A stretch of 64,000 nucleotides of DNA from Schizochytrium sp. TIO01 (lineage: Eukaryota > Protista > Bigyra: Labyrinthulomycetes): positions 968,747 through 1,032,746 of the forward strand of contig SMSO01000037.1 in NCBI GenBank assembly GCA_004764695.1. The letters are read 5' to 3'. The position numbers and the translations under genes are program-made. The notes under the pieces are model-generated. The model made no database searches and was not told the origin of the DNA. It saw nothing but the letters and a program-made list of their open reading frames with translations. Positions 46,730 to 56,546 of this stretch are shown here, in pieces. The stretch's first letter is position 1, and each line of letters begins with the position of its first letter.

Positions 46730-49700
46730 ATGGCATTGAAGAATCATCGCTTGCGGCAAAACTCCAGCGCTATTGAAGACTATTCTCTCACTTTACGAAA
46801 GAACGGCGAGCGTTGCTGCCGCTCCAGAGGCCCCATGGGGCAACCGCCGCCACCAGTCGGGAAACAACTCTACTTACAAAGACCTTCAGTACTCGAGCAT
46901 CGTCAGCGACACGTTCTGCGTAAGCTTCTCCTGCTTTTTATAGCGTCGCTTCGACACAGTGCACACGAGGGTCACGACAGGAAATATTTGCGGAGAGAGA
47001 ACATTTGTCGCAACAAACGAAGGGTGAACTTATGGTTCCAGACTGTGAGGTGCTTTGTGTTTGCATTGTTGCTGGTGACAGTAGTGGCAGAGTCTAAAGT
47101 TCATTATGGGGCAAGCCCACAAAGCGAAATTGCATTCGCAGCAGAGACATTCACATTCTCAAGAAAACAATCGCCGGCCAAAGGCGAGAACGCAGCAACA
47201 AGACCAAATAAAGAACAAGCAAGTGACATCGCCGAGGCAATTGGAACGGGCAGTCAAAGCGATGAGGCCACTTCACGTTTTAAAGAAGTTAGAAACAAGG
47301 ATGAAATATTTGAAGATATGCTCAACTTGGTCGAAGAAGCAGTCACGACATCATTTTTAGATCATACTCCGATCATAGAAATGAAATCGAGCACTCACTC
47401 GTCGCCCAAAAGAGCATCTCGTGGATCAAATTTGCTTAATTGGTTGCTCGAAGATGCAGAAATTGGGTTGCCCACAATCAGCTTCTCCCTCCCGATTCCA
47501 GGAAACCCAATCAATTGCACAGTGAAACTCAGCTGCAACACAATACATGTTGGGCCAATGTCTCTTGACGTACAAAATAAAACTAACTCTTACAGTGTGA
47601 ATCTCGAAATTGCTGATCTTTCTCACACCTGTAGTGGCGATTTGTGGATTGTACCGAAGAACGACGTGAACAAACGTCATCGACTTGGTATTCAAGTTTT
47701 CACTCCAACAAGCTCTTTGTTGGTGAGTTGGAAATTCTACTGGAGTGATGCCAAGAAACGTGCCGAGTCCCGCCGAGACCACATACCATCTAGTGTGTCT
47801 GTCAACAAATGCAAAGCAAGGGTTCATTATACAGATGAGTCTTTTCGCCTGATTAATGATGATATGCATGTCATCACAGCCCTAGATCAAGAGATCCTCA
47901 ATGCATTAGCACCTTGGTTCGGCCCACTTGTTATGGACCCAATGTATTGCCTAGGTGTTCGCTCAGGTACCATCACAACCAGTATGTGGATGAAGTTTTT
48001 ACGTCTGAACATGGATTGGTTCATTCGCGATGAGCTCCCACGGCATCCTGATTCTATTGAGAGACTCGAAGCCACAGTTCGCCCTCGCGTTGGAGACTAT
48101 GGCCCGTCTGATCGCGTTCTTTCTGCAAATAATACGATTTCTCGATTTATCTCAGCAGTTTCGGAACAGCTTCTCTCTTCTCGAACACCACTTGGAGGGA
48201 TGTTGCTCAATCAAGCTATTCAGCAATCGCTTCTTCCTAATGGCCCAGGATCGCGGATGCTAGTTGTCGAAAATAGCTCCTATACTCTCGCTTCAATCGA
48301 GATTTTCGATGTGAGACTTACTTTGAGACTTAAAGAGCTTTGGATACAAGGGCTCGATTCTTTTGAAATCCTGCATCTTGCAAAACCAATTGGGAAATAC
48401 TCTGTGGGCAATGAGGTGAAAATGTTTGAACCTCTGCGCTTAAACGCTACATTTCAGATCGAAGAGGCCTACTCTGGTTCAGCAGAACATGTGAAACTAG
48501 ACGAGTCTTTCTCTTTCGATATGCTCTTTGACCCGGTCGACCTGAAAATGTCACTGCTAGCCGGAATCGATGAACTAGCGCTTTCTAATTTCACACTAGG
48601 AAGCGTGCTCGCGTCACCACTTTCGTGTGCTCCTGTACTGCTGGCAAATCTGACGCTTGCTCAATTAGAACTGGGAAAAAAGTTTTATCTGCCACGCATG
48701 CATATTAAAGGCAGTGATGATATTTTTCATGTGATTGATTCGGCTATACAAGTCAGCCAGCAAGTCATTGCTTCTCCATTGTGGTCTCTGGTCCAAGCGC
48801 ACGGAGATTCCATAGCGCAAACATTGAGCCGATATGTAATAGAACCAGTTGTTCAAAGTCGCCATTGTCCACCTCAACCTTGGCCGCCTCAACCGCACAA
48901 ACCAGATTTCTTTTCATTTAACAAGTCTACAGTCCTTCGAGCTGCAAGTTGGGCCCTCGAGGACTTTCTTGGAACTTCTGGCGCTCTCAATGTGGGCGCT
49001 ATCATGAAGTGGGCATTAGGCTATGCGTTTGGCCCGAAGTGGCATTCAGACAAGGATTTATTAGATCTTACAAATTCATCGATCAAGTTGGGTCCTGTCA
49101 ATGTCCAGAAATTCTTTCCGTCCCTACCTGATCCTTCAACTGCCGAAATTACGTTCAGCCATGCCCGTCTTAAAGGTCTCACACATATTGCTGAACTCTT
49201 CATGCATGCCAACAGCTCGAAGGCGGATGAACTTATTGCTGGAAGTAGCTTCGAACGATTTGAATTTGAGGGTGAGCTAGCCTGGCGATTAACCGGCGTC
49301 GCTGCCTCAGGCCTTGACATCGTAGACCACATTCAATTTGAGTTTGCATATGATACAATCGATTTCCTGGGTTCATGTCGTGCATACCTGGACAAAGATG
49401 TTGTAGAAATGTTAAATCTCAATCATGCGCTAACCTCTTGCTTCTCCCTAATCTTCCCAACCCCTTCTGGTGCGGCTACAAAAGGAAAATTTCGCCGGCT
49501 ACAATTTGCACAAGAACCATCACCAGTAGGGTTTGATAATCTTGAGCTTGCTTTTGGTAACGTTAGTTTTGCAGCAAGATGCGTCAATTGTACGTCTCCC
49601 TATCTAGCCAGTGTTCTCGAGTTTGCATCGGAGCCAGCGTCACAGCGAAATTTAAATGAGTTCGCTAGTCACATCTCACCAGCGCTGGAAGACATCCTAA

Positions 49701-52033
49701 CAAACTCAAGCACATTGGCTCTTTTGCGAGGAATGAACATAAACTTTGCTCTCAACAATTTAATCACTCTATTGCAACATACATGTGAATCTGGCCATGC
49801 ATGGCCCCAATGGGACGAAATTGTTGCTGCAATAGACCTTGAACGCCATAAGTATGTGAAGCCCTGGTGGCTGCCGCCTATCAAAGCGCTGCTAGTAGTG
49901 GGTGCTTCGGTTATGCTACTTGGTTTCTCTATATCGGTTATTCTTGCGAGGCGACGATCTTCGGTTCTGCGCAAAACGCAAAGTGAGCGTTTAGCGACCA
50001 CTTTACTTCGCACAGATTTTCTGAACACTGGAGGGTCGTCGTCAGCGAGTCAGAGTAACACTGGCAGATCTGAGCATGGAGCAGACAATGAGATGGAGGA
50101 AGACGTCACTCCCACTTTAGAAAGAGAAGACGTATCCGATTCTGCGAGCAATCTTCCAGCTGGGCAATCAAGCGAAGGTTCGAGCGGTGTTTCTGCTCAA
50201 TCGCAAAGAGTAAACAGCTCGTCAAACTCTACACCTGTTGGAGTCTCACCGAAAGATTACCATCGCGAGGTTGTTCAAGATTTTCGTCGACAAGTGCGAG
50301 ACTGCGCCAGTTCGAGAAATACCCTTTTGCAATCCCCTGAAGAGATGATGTCAGAGTCTGATCGACTTTACTTGCTTGGGCATGATCGCCCGATGATAAG
50401 GCATCCATCCATTGGACGAGTCACAGGAATTCTAATTGCGACATTGCTCGGTATTAACTTTTCACTTTTTGTCTCGGGTAATTTCTTCACGCTTGGCCGC
50501 GTGACAATCTTTGCAACCTTTTCTGGTGATACGTTTCGTGAAGTTCCCATTGTAGTTCTTACCCTGGACTATTGCATTGATCTGCTCGCAGAAGGCAATG
50601 CAATCATATTTTTTATTTTTATTGGATTTTGCTCTGGCATACTGCCTTGGCTGCGTGTCGCCATGTTAGCTTACGCTTGGGTAGCTCCAGCAAACGTGCT
50701 CACAGTGGAGCACCGCGGTTACCTTCTTCGCTCCATGGAGTCCATGGGTAAGTGGGTGATGGCTATTATTTATGTTTTCATGATCATGTCTGCTTCAATG
50801 AATACCACAATCACGGCTCCCGTAAGATACATGCCATTTTTGAAGGAGGAAGCACTTGTTGTGTATATTGAATGTGTTCCTATGTGGGGTTTAACATCGT
50901 TTCTAGTTTCGGCAGCCCTCTCGACCTTTATGAATCACTTAATTATTCTTTTCCACGACCGTATTGTAATGCACAATCTACGGGCGGTTCAAGTCAAGCA
51001 AAGCAATCTGAGGGAAGCCAGTGGTGTGAGTGCTACGCTATCTGCTGCAGTAGGCCAAGGCAGAGAGCTATACCATGTGGTTCCTGACTACCCTATGGAC
51101 GAGGAGTTAGAGGAGGCTGCCTATGAACATGCACATAGAACCACAGGGAGGCAAACAGTCCGTAGCGACCAGATGCACTTACACAACGGAGTTGAGAGCG
51201 AGCAACAAGAAGAAGAAGAGAGTGCCTCAACGATTTTTCTCTCTCAGCGTGGATTTCGCCATCCGGATAGATTTCGTCTCGATGACGATGAAATTGACGA
51301 CGAAGATGATGGTACAGCCGAACATATCCGATCACGAGCTATGGGTCTCTGGTTTAACCAACTTTTTCGTGTTCTAGTGGGCCTCGGCGTGATATTGTGG
51401 CCTGTTGCCTTCTTGTTGACATTCACTCAACCTGTTTACGAATTTGAGTTTATGGGTATCGCAGGTATTGGCACTGATTTATTTGGAATTGATGAGCATT
51501 CAGGTAAGGTTCGACGTGAAACATTACTGTCGCTGATTCCTGCCCTTTGGCACTCGGATCCAGCCGATGAGTCAAGTATTCTGGCAAAGACCTTACTTCT
51601 CTTCGTTTATTTTCTCCTTATTGTCGTTGCGCCTGCTCTTGGAATACTCGTTGCAGTTGCGCTTTGGTTTTTCCCCATGACAAAGTGGCTCAAGCATCGT
51701 CTATTAATGTTATTCCGAATCGCACATGCATGGAACTCAACCAATGTAATTTGCGCAACCTTGTTTGTGATGTCGATCGAGGTTTATAGATTTTTTGACG
51801 TTGTTGCGGCTGGACTATCATTCTGTCCTCCAGTTGTTGGGCGTCTTTTTTATGAGCTCGGAGCACCGTCTTACGAAAGTGTATGTTTTGGTGTTGCCTC
51901 GAGGCTCGATGATGGGTGGTACACTCTTCTTGGATTTGTTGTGTACAGTTTCTTCTTGTGTCGTCTCGTTTTCTTTTTCGTCGCAGATGGACTCAGCCGA
52001 GATTTTGATCATGTTACCGTTCTTCTTTTGTGA
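46730..52033 (+). CDS. Large multi-pass membrane protein: repeated beta-rich ectodomain plus two C-terminal PqiA/LetA-like membrane units
   Basis: Uninterrupted 1767-aa ORF. Signal/anchor-like segment at ~47045-47095 and single TM at ~49885-49950. Unit 1 (SGILPWLRVAMLAYAW...MGKWVMAIIYV) and unit 2 (VVAPALGILVAVALWFFP...AWNSTNVI) match the PqiA P...W-S/V-M-x-D-V/I layout. Start codon uncertain (alternative ATG at ~46835). Confidence 0.75.
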   Translation: MALKNHRLRQNSSAIEDYSLTLRKNGERCCRSRGPMGQPPPPVGKQLYLQRPSVLEHRQRHVLRKLLLLFIASLRHSAHEGHDRKYLRRENICRNKRRVNLWFQTVRCFVFALLLVTVVAESKVHYGASPQSEIAFAAETFTFSRKQSPAKGENAATRPNKEQASDIAEAIGTGSQSDEATSRFKEVRNKDEIFEDMLNLVEEAVTTSFLDHTPIIEMKSSTHSSPKRASRGSNLLNWLLEDAEIGLPTISFSLPIPGNPINCTVKLSCNTIHVGPMSLDVQNKTNSYSVNLEIADLSHTCSGDLWIVPKNDVNKRHRLGIQVFTPTSSLLVSWKFYWSDAKKRAESRRDHIPSSVSVNKCKARVHYTDESFRLINDDMHVITALDQEILNALAPWFGPLVMDPMYCLGVRSGTITTSMWMKFLRLNMDWFIRDELPRHPDSIERLEATVRPRVGDYGPSDRVLSANNTISRFISAVSEQLLSSRTPLGGMLLNQAIQQSLLPNGPGSRMLVVENSSYTLASIEIFDVRLTLRLKELWIQGLDSFEILHLAKPIGKYSVGNEVKMFEPLRLNATFQIEEAYSGSAEHVKLDESFSFDMLFDPVDLKMSLLAGIDELALSNFTLGSVLASPLSCAPVLLANLTLAQLELGKKFYLPRMHIKGSDDIFHVIDSAIQVSQQVIASPLWSLVQAHGDSIAQTLSRYVIEPVVQSRHCPPQPWPPQPHKPDFFSFNKSTVLRAASWALEDFLGTSGALNVGAIMKWALGYAFGPKWHSDKDLLDLTNSSIKLGPVNVQKFFPSLPDPSTAEITFSHARLKGLTHIAELFMHANSSKADELIAGSSFERFEFEGELAWRLTGVAASGLDIVDHIQFEFAYDTIDFLGSCRAYLDKDVVEMLNLNHALTSCFSLIFPTPSGAATKGKFRRLQFAQEPSPVGFDNLELAFGNVSFAARCVNCTSPYLASVLEFASEPASQRNLNEFASHISPALEDILTNSSTLALLRGMNINFALNNLITLLQHTCESGHAWPQWDEIVAAIDLERHKYVKPWWLPPIKALLVVGASVMLLGFSISVILARRRSSVLRKTQSERLATTLLRTDFLNTGGSSSASQSNTGRSEHGADNEMEEDVTPTLEREDVSDSASNLPAGQSSEGSSGVSAQSQRVNSSSNSTPVGVSPKDYHREVVQDFRRQVRDCASSRNTLLQSPEEMMSESDRLYLLGHDRPMIRHPSIGRVTGILIATLLGINFSLFVSGNFFTLGRVTIFATFSGDTFREVPIVVLTLDYCIDLLAEGNAIIFFIFIGFCSGILPWLRVAMLAYAWVAPANVLTVEHRGYLLRSMESMGKWVMAIIYVFMIMSASMNTTITAPVRYMPFLKEEALVVYIECVPMWGLTSFLVSAALSTFMNHLIILFHDRIVMHNLRAVQVKQSNLREASGVSATLSAAVGQGRELYHVVPDYPMDEELEEAAYEHAHRTTGRQTVRSDQMHLHNGVESEQQEEEESASTIFLSQRGFRHPDRFRLDDDEIDDEDDGTAEHIRSRAMGLWFNQLFRVLVGLGVILWPVAFLLTFTQPVYEFEFMGIAGIGTDLFGIDEHSGKVRRETLLSLIPALWHSDPADESSILAKTLLLFVYFLLIVVAPALGILVAVALWFFPMTKWLKHRLLMLFRIAHAWNSTNVICATLFVMSIEVYRFFDVVAAGLSFCPPVVGRLFYELGAPSYESVCFGVASRLDDGWYTLLGFVVYSFFLCRLVFFFVADGLSRDFDHVTVLLL

Positions 52034-52389
52034 TACACTTATATTCATTACAATTTCAAACCTTTTTCTCTTGGTTCACTTGCAATCCACCTTCCAAATA
52101 TTGACGCTCTAAAAGGAAAGTCAAATAAATGGGAAGAATGCATGTTCAAAAGCAATTCAATAATTTACAACTCGTATGTACGAGAAATTGGAGGAATGCA
52201 GCGAACCGTGTTAATTAAAAATGACCACTGGAAGGACAGAATCTTCAGAATCCCTTAAAATAATTACATAGGTATAAGAGGGACTAGTGCCAAAGCATGA
52301 ATTTTTGCCCATTAGACAACATACAAATGGCAGAAAAGACCGTGACGGGCTTCAACTTTAAAATTGAAAAAACAAACAAAACAAAAAAC

Positions 52390-54429
52390 TCAATTATCCA
52401 AGTCTGCTTCATCGTCACTAGAACCGGAGCCTTCGATGCCGTAAGCTGGACCAATATTGTTGTCAAGATCTTCGCGCATCGCATTAAATTCATCATTTCC
52501 TAACCCAGCCGGCCCCTTGGCAAACTCAAGCTGCAAAGCAAGGCCTGGGGCACGCAAACTCGTTTGGGCAGCGGCAATGTTTGTTGCAAGACGTGTTGAC
52601 GAAGCTAAGCTGATCAAAGACGGCATGGTCACGGGAGGCGCATTTCCACCAACTGAAATTTCGCCAGCAGATCCGAGAAGCTGGTTTCTAAAGATATTTG
52701 GATGGGCGAGCGTGATTGGCATAGGCGTTGCTGCTGTGCAGTACAATGGAACAGGAGTAAGTGAAAACTTGGTACGCTCAAGGTAGTTACCTAATGAACT
52801 AGTGAGCTCTCGCCGGCGGATGGGGTCAGTCCGAGCAGGGTGATTGCCACGCAAAACGACACTCGCTCCATAAATTTTGTGGCTAGACCGCACAGGGGTA
52901 TTTGGGGTGGTTAATGGTATTGTTGAGGATAAATCAACACCAAACGGGTGTTTTGCTTCTTGAAGTGCCCCAGAGTTAGCAAGCAACTCTGAAAGTTGTA
53001 CAGGATCAATTCGAGGATGAGGGAACGGCATTGACATATGAAATCCAGCAATTCGATTGTCCTCAGAAGGACCCACGCGAGCACATAATTCACCTAGAGT
53101 GGCAGCTCCATGCGGACCATTTGGAGTTTGTACGAGGCGATAAGGTGTTGACGCCGCGTCCAATGCTGCGCCGATAAACGATGTGCTATGAAAGAGCGAG
53201 CTAGCATCAAAATTCTCCTTAGAAATGTAAGGGAGTGCGCCCAAGCGAGATGCATCGTCTTGCAAAGTGTATAGAGGGACAGGAGTGTATAGATGACAAA
53301 TCCTTGAAAGTGAAGAAAGCGCTACAGCTTCATTAAGAGCTCTCTTCCGCATGGCAGCGTTGTATTTCTCATCTGAAGGCTTGCGCTTGTTCGGTTCTAC
53401 AACTCCGAGGCACCAGATCGCAGCACTACGCGCTTCTTCACGGATATCCTGAAGAACTGTTTGGGCAATGGAGCCAAAACCAGTGTTAACGTCAACAAGA
53501 GCATGCACGCCTTGAAGGCGATCACACTCCTCAAGATAGAAGCGCACCATTTCATGAATATGCTCTAGCTGATCGCGCTGCAGAACTGTCTCATGGCCAG
53601 AAGTGTAAGCCTCAAAATCAGCATCACCGTGGCGATGTAGCAAACAAACACTCTTCTCGTGCACTTGAGCCTTGAGAAAGTCACCCCATGACTTTACATC
53701 CTTGTCGTGTACCCTTTTTGACTCGTAAAGATCTTCATCGTTATTATCAGCTTTGGCTTGTTGAAATTGCTGTTGTTGCTGTCCATAGCTGTTGTCATAG
53801 TCGTCGACATTTTGCACATGACCTCCATAAGCATCATAGGGGTCATAAGCACCATGTGAAGAGTTCCCGAGTGCGACACCTTCGACTGATGACGCGCTCT
53901 GCTCAAGCCATTGCAAGAAAGCATTTTGCTGCACTGGTGTTTCACGGCTGACCTGCACAGCTCCATCCCAAACGGCGTGTGACTGCTTTGCGAGTGTTTC
54001 GTCATCCAAAGCAAAAATATCTCGAGGTGCGCTACTTGTGAGTGATGATAGAGGTTTTAAGGCTCCAACACCACGCCTAAAATCCACAGCTACAAGTCTT
54101 GGAGTTGCTGCATGCTCGCTGACCCTGTAGAGTATTTCGGGACGAAATTCGCGATTGATCTGCGATGCAGCTCTACCTCCACCGTTTGCATCGTCGTTAG
54201 ATTCAACCCACCCATTTGCATCCATTCTTGAGTCAGACTTGACCTGAGCAGAAGCATTGCTGCCGTTGCTCGCGTCGTTGCCCTCCGTAAAGTACTCGTC
54301 GCGGTCGATTTCAAGAAGCTCGTCCTGCACATTCCAGAAATGAGCGCCTGCGAAGTTACTCGCACGACCAAACTGCAGCGTCAGCACCTCGCCGCCTCCA
54401 CCTCCCGTGGACCATCCCAGCCCGGCCAT
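52390..54429 (-). CDS. MSTO1: Misato/DML1 tubulin-like protein
   Basis: EVLTLQFGRASNFAGAHFWNVQDE (Misato segment II), TPRLVAVDFR, SWGDFL, VRFYLEECDRLQG..VDVNTGFGS and FHSTSFIGAALDAASTPYRL. Confidence 0.92.
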   Translation of the reverse strand: MAGLGWSTGGGGGEVLTLQFGRASNFAGAHFWNVQDELLEIDRDEYFTEGNDASNGSNASAQVKSDSRMDANGWVESNDDANGGGRAASQINREFRPEILYRVSEHAATPRLVAVDFRRGVGALKPLSSLTSSAPRDIFALDDETLAKQSHAVWDGAVQVSRETPVQQNAFLQWLEQSASSVEGVALGNSSHGAYDPYDAYGGHVQNVDDYDNSYGQQQQQFQQAKADNNDEDLYESKRVHDKDVKSWGDFLKAQVHEKSVCLLHRHGDADFEAYTSGHETVLQRDQLEHIHEMVRFYLEECDRLQGVHALVDVNTGFGSIAQTVLQDIREEARSAAIWCLGVVEPNKRKPSDEKYNAAMRKRALNEAVALSSLSRICHLYTPVPLYTLQDDASRLGALPYISKENFDASSLFHSTSFIGAALDAASTPYRLVQTPNGPHGAATLGELCARVGPSEDNRIAGFHMSMPFPHPRIDPVQLSELLANSGALQEAKHPFGVDLSSTIPLTTPNTPVRSSHKIYGASVVLRGNHPARTDPIRRRELTSSLGNYLERTKFSLTPVPLYCTAATPMPITLAHPNIFRNQLLGSAGEISVGGNAPPVTMPSLISLASSTRLATNIAAAQTSLRAPGLALQLEFAKGPAGLGNDEFNAMREDLDNNIGPAYGIEGSGSSDDEADLDN

Positions 54430-55317
54430 CGAGGAGAAGAATTCTTTTTAGAGCGAACACAGACTTTCGTGACTCTCCGCGATGCTTGTTTGATCAACCT
54501 TTGCAACATAATCTTTCTTGTGTTTCTTCTTTTCTTCTTTCTTTTTCTTTGCTCCACTGATATCAAGAATGCTATAAAGGCACATAAACACTAGTACCCT
54601 AATTAATACCCACTAGGCCGACTTTTTATGGGAGTTTGCATTCTGATATCAACTCCATGAGGCATTATATTTTCACAGCGCTTTGGCTGATCAAGAGCTG
54701 CTCCTTCGAGCTTCGTTTCATTACTAATCATGCATCGCTTCAAGACCAAAGCAGGGTATGTAGTAAAGATGCACAAGGATTAGAACATTGTAGCATTTAT
54801 TTATATCTGAAGACGTCTTCAGTGCTTATGGTCAACCTACCTAGTACAAGTTTATACATTTATCTTTAAAATTAAATGCTTTTGAGCATTAGTAGCTATA
54901 TATTGCAGAGGTGCGCGTTCTCACAGTTGCACTTCAATTGGTGCAAATATCCCAATGACAATTTACAGGTTGTCCAGTAGTTGGTTGTCTCATGGGTAAT
55001 TGATTTGCTTTGGCCTGAGTTTTGCCTGTAGTACCGCTTTACTCACCAATGTAGGTAGGTAGGTACGAAGGTGTACTAGGGTAGCCTTTTACTTGACTAA
55101 AAAGAATTTTATAATTGGATGTTACTCAGTCTCAATATGTGAATATGTTTTTTGTGAAAATAATGAAGGTTATTAGAAATAAAAGAAAGAAAGTGGAATT
55201 GAAAAGCGGAATGAAAACTTGCAAACGCTTCGATTTCATGTTCATTTATTCGCTGTGCGTTTTTAAAACCTGAACTGCATCACTTGAGCAAAGGTTAAAA
55301 TCAACACGCTGTCCGTG

Positions 55318-56301
55318 ATGGATGAAGAGGCCCTCGTGCAAGCTGTCAGTGCCGGCTTAGGCGCGGTCGTCTCAACACTAACCTTCTACCCTCTGGAGCT
55401 GGTCAAAGTCCGTTTGCAGTCGCAGATTGTCAAGAAAGAAGACGGTGGTGACCTTCTACTTGACGAGGTGGACCCTGAAAAGACCTCGCTTGAACCGGAC
55501 AATGACGAAGATGAATGTGATGGAGAAAACCCCAAGCTTGTCACTTACGAAGGCGCTGGAGATGTGGTGCGGCATCTGCTCCGGAAAAAGGGCATCCTCG
55601 GTCTTTTTCAAGGTGTAAGACCAGTTCTCTTTCGCTCCTTGACAACAGATTCACTATACTTCCTCATCTCCTTTAATTTGTCGAGACACCTACAAAACTC
55701 CATGGGCCGCAAATTGTCCACAGTTGAAGCCGTCGCCAGCGGTTTCGTAGCAGCGTGCTTCACGCAGCTGGTGGCACATCCGATTGATACGATCACAACA
55801 CGAATAATGGCTGAGCACTGTGAAGAAAAGGGTGGCACCTGGAACCAACTCAGCATGGCTATCGAGAAGGGCGGTTTTCTGAGTCTCTGGACAGGGTATC
55901 GCGCCTCGATGCTTCTGTCGTTGAACCCCGCACTACAATTCACGACCTTTGACCGTGCCAAGGCCTTCTTAGAGCGTCGCTGGAATCAGGATCATCTGAC
56001 TGCGCGACAGCTATTTCTGTTGGGTATGGTCACGAAAGCCTTCACTTTGTCCCTTATTTATCCGCTTATTCGGGCAAAAATATATATGCAAGCAACAAAT
56101 CGCCACCACGAAGAGGAAGAGCAGATTGGCTTCATGCGCGCCTTTCAGGATATTATGGAACATGAAGGAATTCTGGGACTTTACAGAGGTCTGCGCGAGC
56201 AAATTGGAAAATCTGCACTTTCCACGGCGCTTCTTTTGACTACCAAAGAGGAAATTGCGGAGCTTGCTCGAAAGCTTGTAGCGTCGAAAGCGTCGTCATG
56301 A
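55318..56301 (+). CDS. Mitochondrial-carrier-family (SLC25) protein, peroxisomal PMP34/SLC25A17-ANT1/PNC-like
   Basis: Three PX[D/E]XX[K/R]X[K/R]-type motifs (PLELVKVR, PIDTITTR, degenerate PLIRAK). LSLNPALQF and PLIRAK are typical of peroxisomal nucleotide/cofactor carriers. Confidence 0.82.
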   Translation: MDEEALVQAVSAGLGAVVSTLTFYPLELVKVRLQSQIVKKEDGGDLLLDEVDPEKTSLEPDNDEDECDGENPKLVTYEGAGDVVRHLLRKKGILGLFQGVRPVLFRSLTTDSLYFLISFNLSRHLQNSMGRKLSTVEAVASGFVAACFTQLVAHPIDTITTRIMAEHCEEKGGTWNQLSMAIEKGGFLSLWTGYRASMLLSLNPALQFTTFDRAKAFLERRWNQDHLTARQLFLLGMVTKAFTLSLIYPLIRAKIYMQATNRHHEEEEQIGFMRAFQDIMEHEGILGLYRGLREQIGKSALSTALLLTTKEEIAELARKLVASKASS

Positions 56302-56546
56302 ATTTAGGAACAATGTAGCAGCAATCATCTTCACTATTGTAAACAATAACCCTTCTCATGACTCGACCTTTAAAAACAGAAACATATCATATTATAAGCT
56401 CAACTTTCTTGTTTTCAATTGATCTACTTGAGAAAAGGTCATTTCATTGGTAGGTTACAAAGTTGCTGAGTGGCTCGCACCATTTATCAAAAATTGAGGG
56501 ATTGGGGTATATCAAAACAAAGAGGACATCAGTTTTCAAATTATAA

